Shown in pieces: positions 23,929-33,735 of a DNA stretch of 64,000 nucleotides. The stretch is from Phaeosaccion multiseriatum (taxonomy: Eukaryota; Protista; Ochrophyta, other classes): the NCBI GenBank assembly GCA_965112735.1, contig OZ218950.1:3782001-3846000 (forward strand), in the 5' to 3' direction. The translations under genes were made by a program, and so were the position numbers. How positions within the stretch are numbered: position 1 is the first letter of the stretch; every line of letters begins with the position of its first letter. The notes beneath the pieces were generated by a model. That model had not been told where the DNA came from. It searched no databases and saw only the letters and a list, made by a program, of their open reading frames with translations.

Positions 23929-25106
23929 GTGTCCGAGGAGGAGGAGGAGGAGGAGGAGGAGCCATTCAAATGCAAGGACGAAGCGGGGGCCGGAGAATTG
24001 ACCATCATTCTTTCGGATACAGAGGAGAGGTGGAGTCGAGCGGGGAGGACGCAGAGTCGAGCCGAGGCGATGAGGAGGAGGGGGGCAGAGCTGAGCGGAG
24101 CGAAGACGACGAGGGAGAGGCCGACGGTGTCCTAGTGCCAGCGACCCCGCGCCAGGAAGGGCACTACTGCGACTATGATCCGTTGTACGACGAAGGAGCC
24201 ACGCAGATGGCCGAGACTGATACAGGTGTATTTTGGGGGCAACATCCACTAACTCCAGGGGCAGACCCCGCGTACTCCTTTCTTCTCCGACTGAAGACGA
24301 AGAATTGGGACGTCGGTGTCAGACAGGGAGAGACGGAGCCCGGCCCTCCGGCGGGACGAAGGAGGGGCAGCGCAGGCCTCCACCTACCACCCTCAGGACC
24401 AATGTCGGAAGGGAGATGACGCCGAAGCAAGGCGAGACGCCGGGGAAGGAACGAGGTGGCGGGGGAGGAGGCGGAGGAAGCAAGCTTGGTGGGCCGAAGA
24501 GGCCTCCGTGAGGGAGAGAACATCGGTCAAGGAGGTCAAGGCCAAAGCTCCGCCGGCCAGGAAGAGGAAGAGGAGAGAGAAGCAGCAGGCAGAAAGGCAC
24601 GCAGACCAGAAGCGTAGAAAAGCATCAGAGGAGATGGACCAAACTCGGACACATGAACAACACGGCGAGCAGGAGCCCAAGCGGGCGAAAGGGAAGGAGA
24701 AGTTGGGTGGGATTGCGAGGTGTGGCGCCCCGCTGACTCTAGAGAAGGAAGGCATGACAAGCGACCGCGGGGCCGATCTGAACAAGTGCAGCCGGCATTA
24801 GCGATACGCTGGGCGGGTACTGGGATTCGTCCTTCGCTTCCGCGGTGGAGAGGAGAGCCATTTCGGATATACAAGCTTGGCTCCTTCTTCTTCGACAAGC
24901 CCGGCCCCAAGACCACGGAGAGCAAGAGGCAGCGAGGGTTGCCCGAACGGTTCCGCAGCCCTTCCCCCCTGGCTGGAGACGAGAACCGGCCGGCAAGCGC
25001 GCGCACACGCATCGGAACGCATTCTAATATCAATTGTTCTAGTCCACGCCAAGCTTGCGCCCCTACCTGTAGCACGCGAGCGGCCCCTGACAGCCACCAT
25101 GTGTAG
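23929..25106 (+). pseudogene. Frameshifted acidic/basic low-complexity ORF of unknown function
   Basis: Coding-like segments alternate between frames (EEEEPFKCKDEAGAGELTIILSDTEE; HYCDYDPLYDEG; ARKRKRREK NLS-like) with stops between them. Confidence 0.35.
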
Positions 25107-25451
25107 AGAGCAGGGACGGCTCGCTCGCGCGGTCGGTGGCGGCGGAGAGACGGCGGCATGCAAACGTAGCTGCGTCCCGCTTGCTCGCTTGGCTGTGGCG
25201 AGGCTCGTGACTTCTATAACTAATATTACTTGTTTAATTTTAAATAACTTTTCTTTTACCACTACTACTTGTACTGTGTGTTACTGCTCCTGCTGCTGCT
25301 GCTCCTGCTGCTGCTTCTCGCTCCTGCTCCTGCTGCTGCCCACACAAGGTCCTCGGAACTGACGTACATGCCTTGGCAGCGCGACCAGCAGGAGGAGGAG
25401 GAGAAGGTAGTATACTCCTCCACCGCCCTCAGGGCCGTCGCCAGCTCCTGC

Positions 25452-27462
25452 TCAGACTCCTCGGTTGTCGTGCTCGTCCTCCTTCTCACCGTCCTCGTCC
25501 CTGGCGGCGAGGATGTCTTGCAGGATCTGCTCCTCGCTGATCCGTTCCTCCTCCTCGTCGTCGTCCTCCTCCCGCTGCTGCTGCTCCTCCTTCTGCTCCT
25601 CCTTCTGCTCGTCGTCGTTGTCGCTGTAAATGTACTTTCCCGGAACGTGGTCCGGCACGTACCGGTTGGTCGGGTCGTCGACGACCTTCCGTGACAGGCG
25701 CGGCTGCGGGTTGACCGTGTTAAAGGCCTGGTGGATGAGGATCCAGTCGTGGCGAGTGGTCCAGCTGACCGACCAGACCTTGATGTTCATGGCCGTAACG
25801 CGGTCCGCGTCGTCCTTTGTGCGGTACAGGTGGGGGTACATCCTCCCCCGCTTGTTAAGCTCATTGCCGGTCACCTGCTTGACGGCATGTGGGAGCATCT
25901 CTCGGATCTGCTCGACCTCCTCCTTCACCCCCGAGTTAATTTGGAAGACGGCCCTCCACATCCTTGTCCCGTCGGGCGAGAGGTACATGAGGGCGGAGGA
26001 GCCGTCCCCTGAGCGAGGGAGGGGGGGGGGGGTGGGAAAGGGGCAAGCAAGCAATGCATGAGGCAGGCCAAGTCAATTACGTGAGGGCGCATTGCTGAGC
26101 GATGATGGGCAATCTTACTCACCATCGGAGAGGCCGATGATGAAGGAGATGATGATCTCGGCCATGAAGGGGTCCGTGAGCGGCCTCTCCGGCTCGCCAG
26201 CAAGGGTCCAGAGGAAGAGGCACCGGAGACGTGGGTAAAACTGGAACGTCTTACTGCTCCTGCACCCCGAATAGAGGTGGAGGACAGCGAGGGCCTGGTG
26301 TGGGTGCGGGCGTGCAAGCCACGAGGTTAGCTACGGAGGAGCGAGTCAAGCGAGTAGCAAAAAGAAACGCTACATACCGTGGGGTTGTGGTAGAGCATGA
26401 GCCGCGACCGGATAAAATTGCCATGCTTGTCTTTTGCCGTCTTGCTGACTTGCAGGTACGGCTTGCCGGCAAAGCCTCCGTCGAAGTGAAAGCGAAAGTA
26501 CTCCGTCGTTGGCGGCTCATCTCTGAGTCCCACGCCCACCCTGTTGTAAGAAACGATTCCATCGGCGCCCCCCATACCGTTGTTGACAGCCAACGTCTTG
26601 CGCCCCTCCTTCGACTTGAACATCTGGAGGTAGAGGTTCTTTCCCTTGGGCCCCTTTGAGCCAGGCGCTCTCCCACTGAGCAGGTAGTCGGGCCGATTGG
26701 CGACGACGAGAGCGACCTTCCCCTCCGGCGAGCATAGGAATCGCTTGTACAACCATCGAAGCAGCTTGCGGGAGGCCTGGTTTGTTGAGGGCAGGGGTGG
26801 AGGGGATCGATCGTTTGAGCGAGGGCAGTCAACCAACTAAACACGTCAACAAGCAACCGCTCACCTGCTCCAGATTGAAGTCCAGCGCCTCCTTCGGCGT
26901 ACGAATGTTAGCCTTTGGGCACTGGTCCCACAGGTTCATGACGTGTCGCGTGTCCTCGTTCCTCCAACCGTCTGGCTTGCTCGCCTGCGTCACAAAGGCT
27001 TCGAACTGCTCCCTTGTCTGCAACTGCAGTATGTCGCCCTTGAGTCGCCGCTTCTCGTCCTCGGTGTTCTGCCCCCGTGTCATTACGGTGTGCAGGTTGC
27101 AGTGGGGCAGCTTGAGCTGCGCACGCCCGGACCCTGTCTTGCTGAGGTAGTGCTCGTTGAGGTGGTTCCAGACCTCGAGCTTGTGCGGGGAGAGCAGGCC
27201 GGTCTTGCTCAAGAATTCCAAGTCTCGGAAAGAAATGGAAGACTTGTTGGGTTTGTTGGCATTCCCGGAATGGTTCTTGAACCGCAGAACTTGGTCCAAG
27301 AGTTGGGCGTGAGGGGCCTGCTTGTACTTTGCTCCCTTGGGTCCATGCGCCTCGTTCGAGAAGAGGAGGCTCGTGGCCATTATCGCGCGTAGGGTGCTTG
27401 GGGGAAAGCACTTTGCGTTGTGCACTGATTCAAGGACCTAAAGTCGAGGGACGATACAGGCA

Positions 27463-27497
<35 letters not shown>

Positions 27498-27529
27498 CAG
27501 TGAGTGAGAGAGAGAGAGAGAGAGTCAGT

Positions 27530-27575
<46 letters not shown>

Positions 27576-27579
27576 CAGT

Positions 27580-27629
<50 letters not shown>

Positions 27630-30600
27630 CAGTGTGAGTAACAGCCACGCAGAAGCAAGCAATGGCTGAGGCAGCCACTCGCATACTAGTACCAACCTCG
27701 TCTACTCTCCGGTCGTTGTGCAGTCCATTCAGCACCATGGGCCCCGTCCTCATCGTGGACGATAGCACAGGGAACCCCAAGCAGGAAATGATCTTCCCCG
27801 TCTCGCCATTGTGTCGGAGAAGCTCCCCCCACAGCGTAAAGCCCTTGAGTAGTTCGGTGGGGCCGCTGCTCTTGTCGCTGGTTCCGCGGCCGAAGTAGCG
27901 ACCCTTGGCCACAACATTCAAGTGGTCGGCGAGGAGCTGCTGTTCCGTCTCGCCGTTGGCCTTGGAGAGGATGAAGTCCCTCCCATGGTCGTCGCAGTCG
28001 TCCGGGTTTGCCCCAGGGCGCATTGCGGCCGCAAACTCGTTAAACCCGGGGTGATTCCCCGAGCAAAACTTGAAGGTCTCGGACCCAGACTCCCCGGTCG
28101 CAGGAAAGCCAGACTTGTGGGTTCGCCACAACGTCTTGGCCGCCATGTCCCCTGCCTCCTTGGTATGCAGGGTGGGGCATTTGACCACCTCCTTGCAGTC
28201 GGGGCAGGTAAACTGCACAATTCTACCGCCCTCGGGCCACACTGCCTCACCTCCCCATTCGTACCCACCAGGGGGTAGCTCATGGCACCCACAGTAGGGG
28301 GTGGTGGGGGACAGCAGGTATCCTGCCAGATAGTTGTCGCACTGAGCAGCGGGCGGGGGTTGGTCCAAAATTAGCAAAAAAAAAAAGACCGCAACAAGCT
28401 GTGTCAGCCAGCCAGCCACAAGCAAAAGCACCTACCGCTTTTTTCACATCCTTCGGCTTTGGGTTTTCCCCGCGGACACCCCAATTCTTCAGCATTTGCT
28501 TGACTTCAGCAGCCACGTCCTGGTGCACGAGCAAGGTTGGGACAGCACACAAATCAAAGTCGTGAGCAAGCAAGGCCCTGCGCGGCAGGAAGCAGCCAGC
28601 CCTTGCTTGCCTTGCTTACCACAGTGTTGACGGTGTTGCCGCTACTCCTGCTTCCTGCTCCATCAGCTTGTTGCTCCTCGTCCTGGGGGGGGGGGGGGCA
28701 GAGAACCAATCAACCCGTGAGCAATGCACGCACGTCTTCCTGCTGCATCAGCCCACGTCTTACCTCATCCTCATCGTCGCTGCTGCTGGCGATATCAACA
28801 ACTGGTGGTTCCTGTTGCTGCTCAGGACTGCGCCTGTCGCCCCCCCGGTCGGCACCCCCATCGTCGTCGCTCATCCCGGTGAGGTCAATGACTGCCCCCT
28901 CCTCCGTCTCACCGGGGCCGGCCGCAGGGGCTTGGGCCATCAACTCGTCCTCCTCCTCCTTCTCCCCGTACTCCAGCTCGGTAGCGTCCGAGTCCTCCTC
29001 AATCTCCAGTTCCGTATCGGCCACACTCTCATCGTCTTCCTCCCGGTGGCCTTCGTTGTCTCCTCCTCCTCCTCCTCCTCCTCCTCCTCCTCCTCCTCCT
29101 CCTCCTCCTCCTCCTCCTCCTCCTCCTCCTCCTCCTCCTCCTCCGCCGCCGCCGCCGCCGCCACCACCCCTCCTCCTCCTCCTCCTCCTCCGCCGCCGCC
29201 GCCAGCCCCCCGCCCCCCCCCTCCTCCTCCTGCTCCCTCCATTCGGCTCCGACTCCGCTTCTGCCCGCGACCCCTCCGTCCTCCTCCTCCTCCTGCTCCT
29301 CCTGCTCCTGCTCCTCCTCCTGCTCCTCCTGCTCCTCCTGCTGCTGCTGCTATGCCCTCCGGAGACAATGCCTGGCCGTCGCAGGCCTCATCACTCCTCT
29401 TGCTCTCTTCCACCCCTTCGTCCGCCATGGCCTCGTAGGGAGAGTTTGATGGGAAGAGGAAGGTTCCGTCAGCTCCGAGATGGACGAGCACATGGGGGGT
29501 CTCTCCATGCAGTCGGTGGGCTCGTTCTGTGGTAAACGTGCCCAGAAGCACACCATCCCGCAGCTCGTTGAGTGGTACGTCGGGTTGGCGCTTGACGACG
29601 ATGCATCTCTCACCACCCAGCGCCCTAGTCTCTTGCTCGAGCAGGAAATCGGTGCGAGGGCAGAAGCCCTGGCACTCCTCTCCTCCTCCTGCTGCTCCTG
29701 CTCCTTCCCCCGTGCCCCTCTCCATCCGTTGGCTTGGGAAGTCCAAACCCCCATCCTCGCGGAGAGTGACCATCTCAAGGGTGGCCTCTTCTCCACCAAG
29801 TTCAGTGGCCCTCTCAATGGTGAAGGTGCTGTAGAGCACCCCATCCCGATCCTCATCCTGAAGCTCGGTGCCCGTCTCGAGGACGAGGATGATGAAGACA
29901 TTCCTCCTCGCCTCCACATCCAGGAGCTGCTGGGTGCGAGGGCAGCTGCTGCTCTCACTGACGCGATACAGGACGGTGGTGGCACAGTCCACACCACCTT
30001 CCACGCTCCTCAGGAGCGCTTGCTCACCCATGTCATGCCGACACACCCTTGCATCGTCGGCCATGTACCAGTGTCCTTCGTGCTTATAGTGGGCCACAAA
30101 GTGCCCTGCACCGTCAGCTCCTTGGTGCACCAGCACGGCGGAGGCGTCCACGGACAGGCCTCTCCGCTCCATGCGTCCGGGAATGTGGATGGAGGACTCG
30201 ACATCTTTGAGGACCTGCGGGGGGGGGGGTTTCGATCCGTCGGTCTTGTTCTTGCTCCCCTTCTTCTTGCTCCCCTCCTTCTTGCTCGCCTCCTTCTTGC
30301 TCGCCTCGCGCAAGCGCTGAGAGTTTCCAAGCAAAGCATTAGGCAGAGCAAAGAGAAAAAAAAATCAAAAAAATCAACGGTTAGTATTATGTCAATGGCC
30401 TAGTCTTAAGCAACCGCTCGCGCCTTTTTTTTTTCCTTCCCTCAACGCCCTACTAACACTCGCGCACTCGCACACCCCCCAACTCTTTGCTTTGCTCTCT
30501 CTCTCTCTCTCACACACGCACACACATTCACACACACACTCTCACACCCACCACACGCACGCACACCACACGCACACACACACACACACACCACACACAA

Positions 30601-31840
30601 CACGCGCGCACTCGCACACACACACACACACATACACAGACATACAGACATACGCACCCCCCACTCTTTGCTTTGCTCTCTCTTTCACCCACACCCACAC
30701 CCACACCCACCCACACGCACACAATTCATTCACACGCGCGCACACACACACTGACACGCACACACACTCACACACATTCACACGCACACGCACACAATTC
30801 ATTCACACGCGCGCACACACACACACACTGACACGCACACACACTCACACACATTCACACGCGCGCACACGCACACCCACACATACACACACACACGCGC
30901 GCACACACACCCACACACACCCACACACTGACACACACACACACCCACACCCACACCCACCCACACGCACACAATTCATTCACACGCGCGCACACACACT
31001 GACACGCACACACACTCACACACATTCACACGCGCACACGCACACGCACACCCACACACACACACACACATTCACACGCACACACATTCACACACACATA
31101 CACACTGACACGCGCGCACACACACACACATTCACACGCACACACGTGCACTCGCACACACACGCACACGCACACACATTCACACGCACACACACATACA
31201 CAGACCCCCCCACTCTTTGCTTTGCTCTCTCTCTCTCTCTCACACACACCCACACCCACACACGCGCACTCGACACCCACCACACGCACGCACACCACAC
31301 GCACACACACACGCACACGCACGCAAACGCACACGCACACACACCCACACGCACACAATTCATTCACACGCGCGCACACACACACACACCACACGCACAC
31401 ACCCACCCACACACATTCACACGCGCGCACGCAAACACTCACCCACCCCCGCACTCACGTTAATAATGACCATGACATACTCGGGGGGGGGCTTGGACAT
31501 TTCCATATTGCTCGACAAGCCGTCCTGGACAGCGTCCTGGATAGACTCGTTCATGATGGCGTCGGCCGTAACCGTTAGGACCATGTCCTCCGCCCCACAG
31601 TGGTTCATGACAGAAGCGGCGACGTTGCCGGCGTCGTTCTGCCCCCCCCTGTGGCACATGCCCTCGTCTGCGAGCAACTTCTCCAGCTTGTCCATCTCGT
31701 GGAGGGGCAGGGGCGGGCCTTGCTTGTTGATGGCCTCGCCGAGGGCCGCAGCTGCAACCCCAAGGAGGCTTTTGCCCTTGCTCTTGACGGACTGGCACAA
31801 GGTGGGGCTGCCCCGCGTGGCGGAGGCAAACTGAATTGGG

Positions 31841-31871
<31 letters not shown>

Positions 31872-32278
31872 AGAGAGAAAAGTGAGCTCGGGAGGTTCAC
31901 TTTTTGCTTGACTCGGACCTCATCGCCCCGGCATCTACGTACCAGCTGAAGCGCAGCCGCAACATAGCATTGGTTTAGTCTATTCTCACACCCGCGGGAG
32001 GGAGGGGCGTTGTTGATATTGTTGTTCGCCCCGGTGCGGGGCGAAACGAGGCAGCGGTTTGTCGAAGCCTTATCGATAAGGCGGGGAAAGTCCTCGTCGC
32101 TGTCGAGGCTGAAGGTGGCCCCGTCGGTGGAGGAGGAAGTGGGGGGCGCGGAACGCTTCTTGTGGCGGGCATCGGTGCGCGGCACGGCCCTGCCCCGTTT
32201 GGCCACTTCAAACCAATCTCCGCCCTCCTCGGCCGCCGAAGAGGAGCCGTGCGCTGCGTTCTTTCGATTGTCGGACAT
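25452..32278 (-). CDS. Putative USP(C19)-deubiquitinase / double-LAGLIDADG endonuclease multidomain protein (~1,600 aa); exons 31919-32278, 31459-31830, 28764-30316 (one unresolved frameshift or intron), 28620-28682, 28436-28519, 27697-28341, 26865-27437, 26378-26776, 26123-26294, 25452-26008
   Basis: Cys box [34 protein letters not shown], His box [48 protein letters not shown]-like motifs [12 protein letters not shown] and [13 protein letters not shown]. All listed junctions are GT-AG and phase-compatible, except that 28764-30316 is not a multiple of three. Confidence 0.7.
27465..27628. repeat. (GA)n microsatellite, intronic
   Basis: Directly visible. Confidence 0.97.
29060..29345. repeat. 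(CCT)n / CCG / CTG trinucleotide low-complexity tract
   Basis: Directly visible; coincides with the frame discontinuity of the large gene. Confidence 0.95.
30455..31455. repeat. (CA)n-rich compound repeat filling intron 30317-31458
   Basis: CA/CACG tracts with recurring ACTCTTTGCTTTGCTCTCTCT (x3) and CACAATTCATTCACACGCGCG (x4). Confidence 0.95.
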
Positions 32279-33193
32279 TTCGATTGTCTGCTCGTCTGCT
32301 GAGGGAGGTGCGGAGAGGCCGCGGAGTTAGAGCAAGGAAGGCGCGGGGGGGGGGAAGTAGACGTAGAGGGTGGGCGACATTATTCGCTGCTGGCAATGAC
32401 GCACGCGCGAGGGTGCTCCATGGAAGCATCACGCGACGCACACGCACCTGTTGTATTTGCTTCTTGCTCTCTCTGTGGCTGTCTGTGTGTTGTGGGCTTG
32501 TTTTTGAAAAAAAAGTGAGCGGGAGATGCTCTCGGCGCTAAGTCGCCAAACCCCGGGGGGGGGGCGGGGGGGCCACTCTTCGATTGGAGAACGAATAACA
32601 TGGTTTCAGCTCGACGACGATGGTGCGAGGGGGACGAGGAGGAGCGAGCTTGCCTCTGGTGGCAACAACAAGCATGTCACAGAGAATCGACGTCGGGCTC
32701 CGGGTTCTGGGCCATAGCGCCGCCGCAGGCCAGCGGTCTGGGCTTCAGGGGGGGGGGGAGGGAGACATTATGCTGGCTTCGGGGGGGCTTGTTGCTTTCG
32801 GCCGCAGGCCGCCTCAGGCTTCTGCTGCTTATCGGGGGGGGGGGGGGGAGCCGATGCCCTGGACGATGTGCGCCCTTCTTCGCCGCCTTTGCTGCGCGGG
32901 CTTGCTTCAAAAGTGACCTTTTCCGGAGAGAATAGCAGGCTCTCGCTCGCTCAAACGACTCATGCCCCATCTACGTCAGCTCCGAGGAGCGGGCGAGGCC
33001 GGAGACCTTGTGGCTGGATTGGGAGCGGCGCCTGGCCGGCAGTAGCAAGCACCATGGACTTTGAGGAAGTAGCAGTTTTATTTTTAGTTATAGGGGAGGT
33101 TCTCCCCGGGCGAAGCCCGGGGAGAATTTATCCTCCAAGCGAGTTAACGAGCGGGAGGAGAAACCTCCCTTCTTAGGGGAGGTTCTCCCCGGT

Positions 33194-33735
33194 CAGCTTT
33201 CTCATCAGGTACACCAGGACTCGCTCTGCCCTGCTGTGCCGCCCGCACGAATGGATACTGGGGAAGAAGAAGGGGGAGGCAGGTTCTTCTCCTGTGAGGA
33301 GGAGGGAGTTCGAAGAAGGGCACCGACATTAATGGATACAGGTGGGGGGGGGGGTGGGGAAACAGCCCAAGGCAGCGGTGGATTAGCACGTCCCACCACT
33401 GTGGGGCGAGAGAAATGCCATAAACTAGGTCTTTAAAAGACTTTGCGGAAAAATGGCACGGCCGGGCATGGACCACCAGCATCAGTTCCCTCACAACTCG
33501 GCAGCAGCAGCAGCACCACCACCACAGCAGCTTCAGCTTTCTCATCAGGTACACCAGGACTCGCTCTGCCCTGCTGCGCCGCCCGCACGAATGGATACTG
33601 GGGAAGAAGAAGGGGGAGGCAGGTTCTTCTCCTGTGAGGAGGAGGGAGTTCCAAGAAGGGCACCGACATCAATGGATACAGGTGGGGGGGTTGGGGAAGC
33701 AGCCCAAGGCCGGTGGATTACCACGTCCCACCACT
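33194..33735 (+). repeat. Tandem duplication of ~205 bp (33194-33400 and 33534-33735)
   Basis: Both copies begin CAGCTTTCTCATCAGGTACACCAGGACTCGCTCTGCCCTGCTG and end CACGTCCCACCACT. Confidence 0.93.

Noticed and set aside
26378-26520. [10 protein letters not shown]...SRLMLYHN as a 2OG-Fe(II) oxygenase (TET/JBP or P4H) HxD motif
   Set aside because: No distal His/Arg pair was found, and the segment fits the helix-strand pattern of LAGLIDADG repeat 1 better.
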